Below, piece after piece: positions 29,376 through 38,860 of a stretch of DNA of 64,000 bases. Below the pieces are notes generated by a model. The model searched no databases, had not been told where the DNA came from, and saw only the letters and a program-made list of their open reading frames with translations. Both the position numbers and the translations under genes were made by a program. How positions within the stretch are numbered: the first letter of the stretch is position 1; the number at the start of each line of letters is the position of its first letter. Source of the stretch: an uncultured cyanobacterium. GTDB lineage: Bacteria > Cyanobacteriota > Cyanobacteriia > Pseudanabaenales > Pseudanabaenaceae. The stretch is taken from assembly GCA_963703315.1 (NCBI GenBank), contig OY969811.1:1824001-1888000 (forward strand), in the 5' to 3' direction.

Positions 29376-32129
29376 CTAGACTTTAGATCCAACTTCAGCC
29401 GCAATTTGAGCCGCATTTGCAGCTTCTATTCCAACAGATTGCTCAGCAACAATTGCATTCGGAACTTGTGCTTTGGTCGCCAATAGTTGCTCTTTAAAGT
29501 TTTCGACTGGCTGTTTAGAACCTGTAAGTTCTAGCATGAGATTCATCAGCTTACCTTTCACTCTAGCCACTACCTGTTTAACACGCTTAGCAATATTTAA
29601 AAATTTGGATTTCAGCCAGTTTTTGATTTGAGAAAATATACTTGGTTTCTTAGGAGCTTCTTCTGCCTGAAGCCCCAGTTCCTGCTCAGCTTTGCGAACA
29701 TCCTGATCAGCTTGTTCTAGTTCCCCTTCTCCTAGTTTTTTAGATTTCCCTTTTACTTTTGTAGCTTTGTCTGCTTCTCCTTCAGCCTGTGCAGCTTGTT
29801 GGGTTGCTGTCTGTGTACCCTGAGAAGCCGCTTCAACTTTGCCTAGCACCTCCGAGTTCACCTTAGATTCTGTTTCGTTCATTGCTGCTAGCGCATCTGT
29901 TTGATCTGTAACTTCAGTGGAGCTAGCATTCTGCGCTTCTCCTGCAAAATTGGCAACCATAGAGGCAGCTTGTCTAACTTCAGCAGGGGTAGAACCTGAA
30001 CCTGAGGGTCTCGATATTGCCCCTGAGCGTGAACGATTAGTCTGGATCACAGTTGTCGAATCTTTCTTCGGTTGAATTGTTGTTGAAGTGGTAGATGTCG
30101 AAGTTGGTGTAGTTGTAGATGATGGAGTAGATGTACTAGGTCTGGATGGAGTAGATGTACTAGTTGTAGTTGTAGTTGTAGGCGTTGTTGTAGTAGGTGT
30201 TGGCGTTGGTCTAGTGCTTGATAGCTGTTCATTTTCATCAGATAGAGAGCCAGTAACTGAACCACCAATATCCCCAGTCGTTGCAAATGGTTGTCCTGAT
30301 AATGTAGAAGCTAAATCGCCAATCTTGTCACCCGATAAACCTCCACTTCCTTGAGCTAGTCCACCCGAAATGACCCCAAGCAAAGCACCAAAAGCATCTC
30401 CACCATCTTTCCAAAGTTTTGCTTTAATCTTTGCTTTTTCTGCGGGATCACCTGTTGCGTTATCAAATTTTGCTAATCGGACGACATTACTACCAATTAA
30501 GACAAGTTTGAGTCCTAATACAACGGCAGACATTGCTAGTCCTACGGTTCCAGCAACACTGGCAATTGCCAACAGCACCGCACCCGCACCCGCCGCCGCC
30601 GTCAAAATTGCACCTGCAATCCCTGTTACTAAGGCGATCGAGCCTGCAATCATACCTAAATTTTTGCAAGTCAAGGCAATTCCTTCTAGGACTTGCATAA
30701 ATGTACCGAGAGGACCTGTACCAAACTTGGCGTTTTTATCTTCAGGCTTAGCTATAGTCTTATAGTCTTCAATCCATTTTGCCCAAAATCGTGGATTGAT
30801 CGGAGCTAGACCCGCGTTTAAAAGCCCCTCTCCAACGCCTAGAACACCTTTTGCTACTGGGTTAGACGGATCTGAAGCAATTCGCTCATTTATACCTCCT
30901 TCACCAAAGTAGCCATCCCTTTGGATAATATCGGCGGATTGTTTTGAAACAAGTGGTTTTGTCTGAATATTCCGATCGCTTGTATTCAATTTGCCAACTT
31001 GCTGATTAACGAGCAATTCTGGTTGAGTTTCTAAGGATTTGGGCTGAAGGCGATCGCGCTTCGTTTGGAGATTTGCTTTAATAGAGCTTGCGTCTAAAGC
31101 CAAAATGTCACCAGATAGGGTTCTTGGCTTTAATTGCAAATTTGCATCAGTTGAAGAGTTGGCAGCCGATTCTATTTGGGTTTCCCAACTTTTTTGAGGC
31201 TTAAGTTTATTAGAGCGAGCGATCTTACGAGAAATATTCTGATCGTTATTGTATTGAAAACTGGACTGAGATTTATATTTAGTTAATGCTTGGTTTGGCT
31301 TACATTGTAATGGCGATGCCCCTCCTTGCTGGACAACGTGGGTAAACTCATGAGCAATCAGCTTTTGACCTTCAACGTTGTTGGGATTATATTCACCTTT
31401 TTTAAAGAAAACATCTTGACCTGTCGTAAAAGCTCGAGCATTCAGCGATCGATTTAGAACATCTGCTTTTCCATCAGTGTGAATATTTACGCCACTAAAG
31501 TCTGCACTCATTGCATTTTCCATTTTGAGGCGCAATTGATTAGGAAGCTTTTGACCAGAGCCTCTAGCACTATTAATTGAACTCTCAACATCAGAAGATG
31601 CTTCTGTTGAATCACCATCTGATCGCCTCTGGAGCAAAGGCTTCATCTGTATTTCTTCGTCTTCCAGATCTTGTCTTTGAAGAAGAGAATCATCAGCCTT
31701 CATTTGTATTTCTTCATCTTCTTCCATGACATCTTGTCGTTGGATAGACTGCGCCTGTACAGGTGAATTAATTTGCTGAACTACTTTTGCTGCCATAGCA
31801 TCAGCTTCTTGTTCATATTTGTCATTTGGAGCGCCGACTGCTAACTTTGCTTGAAGAGATTTTGCTTGTAGAGCAGCTTGGAGCTTAGGCTTACTAGGAG
31901 TTTCTAGAATAGATGAAAATGAAGTGTTGTCTAGGTTCTGATCAAAATTGTTGACTTCCTCAAGATTAGCTTCAGGAGATATTGATTTCTCCTGTATAGA
32001 AGTTTGATTAGATTGATCTTGAAGGGCAAAAGGGCGTGACTGAAATCTTGGTTGCACGGACTGAGTTACGGGCTGAGTTGCTGTAGATGAATTGGCATAT
32101 TTTCGCATGACATAGGTTCTATTACTCAT
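29376..32129 (-). CDS. DUF4157 (eCIS core) domain protein with hydrophobic hairpin and coiled-coil C-terminus
   Basis: LQAKLAVGAPNDKYEQEAD, ADFSGVNIHTD, ARAFTTGQDVFF, LIAHEFTHVVQQ; ATG 32129 preferred over TTG 32195. Confidence 0.88.
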   Translation of the reverse strand: MSNRTYVMRKYANSSTATQPVTQSVQPRFQSRPFALQDQSNQTSIQEKSISPEANLEEVNNFDQNLDNTSFSSILETPSKPKLQAALQAKSLQAKLAVGAPNDKYEQEADAMAAKVVQQINSPVQAQSIQRQDVMEEDEEIQMKADDSLLQRQDLEDEEIQMKPLLQRRSDGDSTEASSDVESSINSARGSGQKLPNQLRLKMENAMSADFSGVNIHTDGKADVLNRSLNARAFTTGQDVFFKKGEYNPNNVEGQKLIAHEFTHVVQQGGASPLQCKPNQALTKYKSQSSFQYNNDQNISRKIARSNKLKPQKSWETQIESAANSSTDANLQLKPRTLSGDILALDASSIKANLQTKRDRLQPKSLETQPELLVNQQVGKLNTSDRNIQTKPLVSKQSADIIQRDGYFGEGGINERIASDPSNPVAKGVLGVGEGLLNAGLAPINPRFWAKWIEDYKTIAKPEDKNAKFGTGPLGTFMQVLEGIALTCKNLGMIAGSIALVTGIAGAILTAAAGAGAVLLAIASVAGTVGLAMSAVVLGLKLVLIGSNVVRLAKFDNATGDPAEKAKIKAKLWKDGGDAFGALLGVISGGLAQGSGGLSGDKIGDLASTLSGQPFATTGDIGGSVTGSLSDENEQLSSTRPTPTPTTTTPTTTTTTSTSTPSRPSTSTPSSTTTPTSTSTTSTTIQPKKDSTTVIQTNRSRSGAISRPSGSGSTPAEVRQAASMVANFAGEAQNASSTEVTDQTDALAAMNETESKVNSEVLGKVEAASQGTQTATQQAAQAEGEADKATKVKGKSKKLGEGELEQADQDVRKAEQELGLQAEEAPKKPSIFSQIKNWLKSKFLNIAKRVKQVVARVKGKLMNLMLELTGSKQPVENFKEQLLATKAQVPNAIVAEQSVGIEAANAAQIAAEVGSKV

Positions 32130-32205
32130 AGCCAGTACCTTCGTGCAAGATGATAGGTTAGTTAGAATAATATCATTGAACTTAGCTGATTTCAATTAAG
32201 TATCC

Positions 32206-32330
32206 TATAGCAAAGCAAAAGTTAGATAGTACAAATCAAAACCCAAGAAATGAGGTGCGGCGCAAAGCGCCGCACCTCATTTCTTGGGTTTTATACTAAA
32301 GCCTGTGGCGTGCGCCACAGGCTTTAGTAT
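32206..32330. repeat. Truncated TATAGC-family MITE plus an adjacent hairpin
   Basis: aaaacccaagaaatgaggtgcggcgc-aaa-gcgccgcacctcatttcttgggtttt followed by atactaaagcctgtggcg-tg-cgccacaggctttagtat. Confidence 0.7.
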
Positions 32331-32349
32331 AGGTTTAAGCTCAATTATC

Positions 32350-34671
32350 TTACGCAAATTGGCAAGTATCTTCATCGTCATTGCTATAGAAGATGGCACT
32401 TGGTTGGGTGAAGTCAGTATCTTCGGAATTGCGTGACATACCCGCCGCAGGATGTTGCATCGATCGCATTTCAAGTTGGTCGTATAAAGTCTTAACTACT
32501 TGAAGAATATAACTAGCTGACTGATCGTAGGCGGTTGGCTCATTTAGCGATCGCGCTACTTGCCAGATTGCATTCTCGGCTGTAGTTAAGGATGGATAGG
32601 CATAAAATAGCTGTCGGAGTAGTCCATCTAGTCCATGATTGCGTAGGTCTTGCCAACTATCGCGATCGGGGTTAAACGGATAATAGAGCGTCGAAAATAG
32701 TAAAATCTTAGCTCTCATAGAATTGGTAAACCGCATTAGTTCCAATCGCAAATCAAACAGATCCTCAGCAATTTTGGGGTCAAAGGGAAGTTTATTTTGG
32801 CTTTGAGTAACTTGGCTCTGAGTATCTAAGGGATTTTCATTAGTAGTCGGCTTAATAGGTGAGGCGATCGCCTCCAAACTATCTGGATAAAGGCGTTCTA
32901 ATTTACTAAGCAATAAGTTCCCAATTGCCAGATATTCCATCGGTTTAGAAACCCTTTGGACTGCTTCATTCACTAATGCCTGTAATTGTCCAAAAGTCGG
33001 CATAAAAGAGACTAATTCTTGTAATAGACCAGCCCAATTCACACTATTTAACTGGCGTAAATCGCTCTCCCAGACATCTTGATAGGTATAAAACAACAGC
33101 TTCTTGAGGCGCATTTGTTGAGCATCTGTATCAATGTCATGGGCAACCCAAGCGTAAATATCTGAGTCATCGTCAGCATAGGGGTTGATGAGTGATAACT
33201 CCTCTTCAGGAAAGCTAAGCTCTTCTGATGAGGATTCCTGACTGATCGCTTTATCTTCAATCGAATTAGTTAGCGAATTGTCTTTTATGGGTTCAAGCGG
33301 TGCAACAAGTTGTGCTGAACCAGCATTAATTACGAGATGACTAACTTGATAAGCAATCGGTGGGGGAGTGATAACTAATTGAGGAATAGGGGTGAATTGT
33401 GAAGGATTAACCGATTCTGCAACTTCCGAGATTGGTGCTTGTTGATAAAGTTTAGAAACTATATTAAAGACAGTTTTGGCAACAATTAAGTATTGGCGCT
33501 GTTTAGGTATAGCAATGGTTTTGACTGATTTGACTAAGTTCGCTTTTAGATCTTCAATGGTTGGATATTGTTGATATAAGTCTTGGAGCAATTCTATAAA
33601 ACTGAAGTTGTCTAAACGAGTCAGATCATTTTCCAAAATTCCCGTACAAACTAAACACACTAATTTCTTTGCTCTTACAGGATCTTCACTCATCTCAAAG
33701 TCATCTGAGATCTCTTCGATGAGACTTTCAATTGGACTTTTAGAAGTTGTGTCAGTATCAAGATTAGGGACTAAATCTTCAAGAAGAGATGGCGTAACGG
33801 CACTAAAAATTGTCTGGGCTTGCGATCGCAATAGTAAAGGTTGTAGTGCTTCTAATACTTCATTGGCAGATTGATAACGTTGACGGAAATCAAAGCGCAC
33901 CATTTTATCGACTATATCTGCTAATGTCGGTGTGACTTTAGCGCGATCGCGCCAGCAAAACTCACTGGTCATCGGATCTTCAGGAATCTGATTTGGCGAT
34001 AGCCCCGTTAATGCTTGCATCGCAATCATACCGATCGCATAGATGTCACTAGCAAACAAGGTTTTGCCACTATACTGCTCATTGGGCATATATCCTGGAG
34101 AGCCAATCACGAGACTAGAAGTATGTCCTAGCTGGCTAATGGGCTGTGTACTCACCTCTTTGACTGCCCCAAAATCAATTAGGACAATTTTGTGATCAAC
34201 TTCACGACGGATGAGGTTACTGGGCTTAATGTCACGATGGATTACCTGTTGACGATGCACGAAGTCAAGGGTTGGCAAAATATCAATCAGAAAGTCAATT
34301 GTGTACTGTTCACCTAAACAATGACCATTCTTGATTTCTTGGGTCAAAACATTGCCCGTAATTAATTCTTGTGCCAGAAAAAACTCTTCGTCTTCTTCAA
34401 AGTGGGCTAATAAACTGGGAATGCAGTCGTGCTTACCCAATCGATAAAGTACCTTTGCCTCTTTATCAAATAATTCTCGTGAGAGTCTTAAAATATCCGC
34501 TTGCGATGATGCAGGCTTGAGTTGCTTGATCACACAAGCAGGACGATCAGGCAAATACTGATCCTCGGCAATAAATGTTTGGCTAAAGCCGCCGCCACCA
34601 AGTTGTTTGACGATCTTATAGCGCCCAGTCAGGGTTTTACCGAGCATAATCATTTCAGCCAGTACTAACAA
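32350..34671 (-). CDS. Hanks-type Ser/Thr protein kinase with three C-terminal helical repeats
   Basis: LGGGGFSQT, CVIKQL, HRDIKPSN, DFGAVK, GSPGYMPNEQ, SDIYAIG; likely start ATG 34647. Confidence 0.93.
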   Translation of the reverse strand: MLVLAEMIMLGKTLTGRYKIVKQLGGGGFSQTFIAEDQYLPDRPACVIKQLKPASSQADILRLSRELFDKEAKVLYRLGKHDCIPSLLAHFEEDEEFFLAQELITGNVLTQEIKNGHCLGEQYTIDFLIDILPTLDFVHRQQVIHRDIKPSNLIRREVDHKIVLIDFGAVKEVSTQPISQLGHTSSLVIGSPGYMPNEQYSGKTLFASDIYAIGMIAMQALTGLSPNQIPEDPMTSEFCWRDRAKVTPTLADIVDKMVRFDFRQRYQSANEVLEALQPLLLRSQAQTIFSAVTPSLLEDLVPNLDTDTTSKSPIESLIEEISDDFEMSEDPVRAKKLVCLVCTGILENDLTRLDNFSFIELLQDLYQQYPTIEDLKANLVKSVKTIAIPKQRQYLIVAKTVFNIVSKLYQQAPISEVAESVNPSQFTPIPQLVITPPPIAYQVSHLVINAGSAQLVAPLEPIKDNSLTNSIEDKAISQESSSEELSFPEEELSLINPYADDDSDIYAWVAHDIDTDAQQMRLKKLLFYTYQDVWESDLRQLNSVNWAGLLQELVSFMPTFGQLQALVNEAVQRVSKPMEYLAIGNLLLSKLERLYPDSLEAIASPIKPTTNENPLDTQSQVTQSQNKLPFDPKIAEDLFDLRLELMRFTNSMRAKILLFSTLYYPFNPDRDSWQDLRNHGLDGLLRQLFYAYPSLTTAENAIWQVARSLNEPTAYDQSASYILQVVKTLYDQLEMRSMQHPAAGMSRNSEDTDFTQPSAIFYSNDDEDTCQFA

Positions 34672-34765
34672 TTAGAAACCAAGATCGGTGGCGTAAAGCT
34701 TTAAGTATCTTAGTTTTTAATATTTTGACATTTGATTTACTTACTAGCAAGTTAATATTCACAAA

Positions 34766-34858
34766 GTGAGTTCGATATAGCCATTTGCGCGACGCAAATG
34801 GCTAATCAAATGGCGAAAAATTGCTTCGCCATTTCTTGCTTTCGTCGAACTGACGTTA
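34766..34858. repeat. MITE-like element with GTGAGTTCGA / TCGAACTGAC ends
   Basis: Imperfect terminal inverted repeat and internal hairpin tagccatttgcg-cga-cgcaaatggcta. Confidence 0.55.
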
Positions 34859-34874
34859 AAAAGAATGACTACGG

Positions 34875-35660
34875 CTATAGGGTTGCTATACCTTCGCGAT
34901 CGCGTTCTAAGAACTGTTTGCCACAATCCTTGCAGAGATAGCGTTGCTTGTTGTGCCGATGACCATTTTTAGATAAATTGGATGAATGACAGTGCGGGCA
35001 TTTCATTACTTTCATTACTTTTCCTCCTGTTGATTCTAGATGAGGCGTGAGGTAGGCAACCACTAACGCTTTAAGTTCCTCATAGCGGGCTTGTCGCTTG
35101 CTTTCTTCGCCTCTCAAGGCTTGCAGTAGCAGAGCGTTGTAACAATGGTTCACAGTCTCCGCAAGCCGCTCACTTTTTTCCGTCGCCAGTTCTGGATTCC
35201 ACCGTTGTAAAAGAGCGCCATACTGCTGAATCAACTGTTGATTAAAGTTTTCATTAAAAAGTAAAAATATCTGGGGTGCTACAAAATACTGAAGATAGAC
35301 GACACGGGGCATCGGGTCTTGAAAATAAGTAACATGAGCCTCGACCATCCGATCCATAAATTCAGAAAAGGGACGTTGCGGATCAGCAGATTGCAAAAGC
35401 GCCCCATTAATTTTCATGACGCGCTCCATGTGACGCGCTTCTAGGGAATGAAATATAGCTAGCTTATCGGGAAAAAACTGGTACAGGGAACCGATCGCTG
35501 TCCCCGATCTTGCGGCAATCATATGCGTTGTGGCGGCTTCGTAGCCAACATCATCAAATACCTCTGCGGCGGCTTTTAAGATTTGCTCAACCCTTTGCTG
35601 GCTGCGTTTTTGTTGTGGTTTGCGGCGGAGTTGTGTTTTGAGTTGCGGTGATTCGGTCAT
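34875..35660 (-). CDS. TetR/AcrR regulator fused to an IS1 InsA-like zinc ribbon
   Basis: RRKPQQKRS…ILKAA…IGSLYQFFPDK; C-terminal MKCPHC…KNG…QRYLCKDCGKQF. Confidence 0.88.
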   Translation of the reverse strand: MTESPQLKTQLRRKPQQKRSQQRVEQILKAAAEVFDDVGYEAATTHMIAARSGTAIGSLYQFFPDKLAIFHSLEARHMERVMKINGALLQSADPQRPFSEFMDRMVEAHVTYFQDPMPRVVYLQYFVAPQIFLLFNENFNQQLIQQYGALLQRWNPELATEKSERLAETVNHCYNALLLQALRGEESKRQARYEELKALVVAYLTPHLESTGGKVMKVMKCPHCHSSNLSKNGHRHNKQRYLCKDCGKQFLERDREGIATL

Positions 35661-35693
35661 AGGTTGCTAAAAAAATATCCTCGAAATAGATGC

Positions 35694-35755
35694 TTGACAA
35701 ACATGAAAAAACTGTCGTATTTTAAATATCAAACATGAATAATTAATCACATTTT
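35694..35755 (+). promoter_or_regulatory. Promoter with two candidate TetR operators
   Basis: TTGACA at 35694; two imperfect palindromes AAACATGA-N8-TCGTATTT (35699-35722) and AAACATGA-N8-TCACATTT (35731-35754). Confidence 0.6.
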
Positions 35756-35760
35756 AACCT

Positions 35761-36708
35761 ATGTCACCGATCTTGCTTGGCGCACCTTGGTTGATTGCCC
35801 ATCGCTCAATGTTGGGAATTGACAAGCCCTACAAAGTTTCTCTGAATGGTCAGGATTATGTTCTCTGGCAAAATCAGCAGGGAGAAGTATTTGCTCTTAA
35901 TAACGTCTGTCCTCATATGCAGGCTCCGTTATCAAATGGTTGGATTTGCGAACAGCGAATTGTCTGTCCATTTCATGCCTTGGCATTTGACGGTCAGGGA
36001 CGGCTATATCAATCTGGGAAAGAATCGGCTCAGCCGCTCGCAACTCCTTTAAAGCTAGAGGTCAAAGGCGACTGTATTTGGACTTACGGAAATATGGAAG
36101 CCAAAATTCCTGTGCCTGACTTAATCGAAAAGTTGAGCGATCGCATGACTTTTCTAGGGGCTGCGGGAGAATCAAGTATTCAAGGCGAGTTTTTGCATAA
36201 TCTGCTGATTAACTACGATTACAACCATCAGAATGGCACTCATCGCGAGTTATTTGGTATTAAAGCAAATCGCATTCCTGTGTTTGAGCAGAATGGCTAT
36301 TGGGCTAAGGTTGTCCAAGAACTCGATCGCGCCGATGTTACCTTTGATGATATTCGCCGCAATCCCGCAATTCTACTGGCTCCCAAAACCTACACAGGGA
36401 TCTTGGAGTATGCTTTTCCTTCTCTAACTACCTTTAGAACTGAGTTTCCTTGGGGTGAGCTTTTGCAAGTACACGTTCTTTATCCTGAAACTGCGACCCA
36501 GACCAAAACCTTTGTGCTGGTCTATGTGAGATTCAAGAGAAAGATATATCAGCCGCTTTTGCATCAATCAATCTTGAGTGCCGTGGCGACAATTGTGGAA
36601 CAGGATTCAAATGCGATCGCCACTTCCTATCCGCGCCAGACTGCGAAGATTCGCTTACCCAACGAAGAAATTATGGCTCACGCTAGAAAACTCTATCAGG
36701 AATGGTAA
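35761..36708 (+). CDS. Rieske non-heme iron oxygenase
   Basis: CPHMQAPL…CPFH Rieske motif; DYNHQNGTH mononuclear-iron motif. Confidence 0.9.
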   Translation: MSPILLGAPWLIAHRSMLGIDKPYKVSLNGQDYVLWQNQQGEVFALNNVCPHMQAPLSNGWICEQRIVCPFHALAFDGQGRLYQSGKESAQPLATPLKLEVKGDCIWTYGNMEAKIPVPDLIEKLSDRMTFLGAAGESSIQGEFLHNLLINYDYNHQNGTHRELFGIKANRIPVFEQNGYWAKVVQELDRADVTFDDIRRNPAILLAPKTYTGILEYAFPSLTTFRTEFPWGELLQVHVLYPETATQTKTFVLVYVRFKRKIYQPLLHQSILSAVATIVEQDSNAIATSYPRQTAKIRLPNEEIMAHARKLYQEW

Positions 36709-37130
36709 GGGAATAATGCGGCGATGGTAGCTCTTAAAACCATGAACCAGAGCGCCCCCGCCGAAATCACATACAGGATAAATCTCAGGGGAATGAAGTT
36801 AAAGGAGCAATGTACAGCGCTGTGCATTGCTCGGAACAGGAAGAACCCCCAAGCCGCGACCACATACCCTGAGTCCACCTGACTTGTCTCATAGAGATAT
36901 AAGGAGATCGCATAAAAGACTATGGGTAGCTCAAACAGATTCTTCAAGTTGTCAGATGGATTCGATACTTGGAGTGGTGATACTCGTGCTAACTCTGGGG
37001 GTGTCATCAGTTTCGCATCGAGTCCATTTGAGAAGATGAACGAAAGGCGACGAGCGTACATATAGACCCACACCACCATGGTCAGAATCATGGTCGCAAT
37101 GAACGGTTGAAAGATAGCAGTCTGATTCAT
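36696..37130 (-). CDS. MAPEG family membrane protein
   Basis: SDNLKNLFELP.VFY, FRAMHSAVH. Confidence 0.85.
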   Translation of the reverse strand: MNQTAIFQPFIATMILTMVVWVYMYARRLSFIFSNGLDAKLMTPPELARVSPLQVSNPSDNLKNLFELPIVFYAISLYLYETSQVDSGYVVAAWGFFLFRAMHSAVHCSFNFIPLRFILYVISAGALWFMVLRATIAALFPYHS

Positions 37131-37136
37131 ACTCTT

Positions 37137-37640
37137 CTATTCCAGATTGTTGTCAAGGCATACTAGCAATCGTCGCAGCATCGCTATGAAAGTTTCTTTT
37201 TCATCAGCATTAGCAAACTGACTGAGTAAATCATGTTCACTTTTCAATAATTTTGGAATTACGACATCAGCCAATTTAACCCCTTTAGAGGTCAATTGTA
37301 CGATCACACTGCGGCGATCGCTAGGATCTCGCAGGCGCGTGACAATGCCATCCTGTTCTAAGCGATCGATGCGGTTAGTCGTTGCCCCTGACGAGAGCAT
37401 GAGCAAACTATATAGATCTGTCGGCTTGAGTTGATAGGGCTTTCCCTGCCGCCGTAGTGTTGTGACCACATCAAACGACCAGACACTCAACCCATATTCC
37501 GCCAGAACCATTTCGCGATGTTTTTCGAGCAGACGGGCAATCCTTAGCACTCGCCCAACTATGCCCAGTGGAGAAGTGTCTAATTGCGGTGATTCCTGCC
37601 GCCATTGCTCAAAAATGTAGTCGATTTTGTCTTGTTCCAT
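37137..37640 (-). CDS. MarR family regulator (PecS/UrtR-like)
   Basis: D.I..QW..E.P N-terminal helix, FDVVTTLRR, SSGATTNRIDRLE, DRRSV. Confidence 0.9.
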   Translation of the reverse strand: MEQDKIDYIFEQWRQESPQLDTSPLGIVGRVLRIARLLEKHREMVLAEYGLSVWSFDVVTTLRRQGKPYQLKPTDLYSLLMLSSGATTNRIDRLEQDGIVTRLRDPSDRRSVIVQLTSKGVKLADVVIPKLLKSEHDLLSQFANADEKETFIAMLRRLLVCLDNNLE

Positions 37641-37651
37641 AGGCGTAATTA

Positions 37652-37711
37652 TATCTTGATGTCGAGATAGTTGACAATTATCTTGACATCATTTATCTTG
37701 ATATAAAGACA
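37652..37711. promoter_or_regulatory. Candidate MarR operators in the divergent promoter
   Basis: TATCTT-gatgtc-GAGATA (37652-37669), TATCTT-gatata-AAGACA (37694-37711), half-site at 37679. Confidence 0.65.
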
Positions 37712-37830
37712 AATGATGTCGAAAGTTATTTTTAGTTGTTAGCGATCGCAAGTCGATCCTTAATCCATCACTCAGTTTTTAGAACAAGGCTTCTATCTAT
37801 TCCCAATCCCTCATTCACCCTTGTTTTGCC

Positions 37831-38322
37831 ATGACATCTCTTCCTTTGAAACACATACAGTCGATCGCATCGCGATATCAAATCTATTTATATTTACTAC
37901 TTGCACTCTTGAGTGGGGTACTTCTGCCCATTCAAGCTAGTTGTAATGCCCAATTAGCCCGATCTCTAAATTCTGTTCCCTTAGCGGCGGATATTTCCTA
38001 TATTGTCGGCACATTGGTTTTAGTGGTACTAATCGCGACGCAAAAATTCGGTCATCCTGATTGGTCAGCGATCGCCAAAGCCCCAAAATGGAGTCTGATC
38101 GGTGGTGTGCTAGGGACTTGGTATATCTGTTCGAGTACTTACTTCACTTCAGTTTTAGGTACTACTCTGACCTTGGGATTGGTGGTCGGCGGACAGTCCC
38201 TCGCAGGTATTATCGTCGATCATTATGGTTGGTTAGACTTGCCCAAACATCGACTCACGCGCAACCGTCGCTTTGCGATCGGTTTATTAATCGTCGCTAT
38301 CTTCTTTCTCGCACAATCTTAA
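37831..38322 (+). CDS. DMT transporter (DUF606/YdcZ)
   Basis: LPIQASCNAQL, PKWSLIGG.LG, GQ…IVDHYGW. Confidence 0.88.
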   Translation: MTSLPLKHIQSIASRYQIYLYLLLALLSGVLLPIQASCNAQLARSLNSVPLAADISYIVGTLVLVVLIATQKFGHPDWSAIAKAPKWSLIGGVLGTWYICSSTYFTSVLGTTLTLGLVVGGQSLAGIIVDHYGWLDLPKHRLTRNRRFAIGLLIVAIFFLAQS

Positions 38323-38389
38323 TAGATAGAAATAACAGCGCGAAGCGCTGTTATTTCTATCTTCAAAAAAAATGATTTAGGTAAATATT

Positions 38390-38860
38390 ATGGATATGCT
38401 CATTGCTTTGATTGGTGCGAGTTCGGGCGGTAGCTTTTTAGCGATCGGTGCAGCCGCAAATACGCGATTGCGAAAGACTTTGCAATCTTCGATTGGAGCA
38501 GCAGCAATTAATTTTGTAGTGGGTTCGCTGACTCTGACTCTCCTAATTCTATTGGGAGTTTTTGGTTCTCAAAATCTGGATCGACTACCTCAAGTTCCTT
38601 GGTGGGCATTTTTAAGCGGATTACTTGGTGCTGCCTATGTGACCTTAAATACGATTATCATTCCCAAATTGGGACTAACGACAACGGCTCTAGCTGTGGT
38701 ATGTAGCCAGATGACTGGTTCTCTGTTGATCGATCAATGGGGCTGGTTTGGAGTAACACCGCATCCGATTAGTCCTGCGAGAATTGTGGCAATTGTATTG
38801 TTATTAATTGCCGTAGCACTGACTCAATTTGATCGAGATGATCGCAGACATACCCTATGA
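38390..38860 (+). CDS. DMT transporter (DUF606/YdcZ)
   Basis: AANTRLR, PWWAFLSGLLGA, SQM..SLLIDQWGWFG. Confidence 0.88.
   Translation: MDMLIALIGASSGGSFLAIGAAANTRLRKTLQSSIGAAAINFVVGSLTLTLLILLGVFGSQNLDRLPQVPWWAFLSGLLGAAYVTLNTIIIPKLGLTTTALAVVCSQMTGSLLIDQWGWFGVTPHPISPARIVAIVLLLIAVALTQFDRDDRRHTL

Noticed and set aside
30088..30765. Plus-strand Val-rich and Ala/Pro-rich ORFs
   Set aside because: Antisense shadows of the Thr-rich linker and hydrophobic hairpin of the DUF4157 gene
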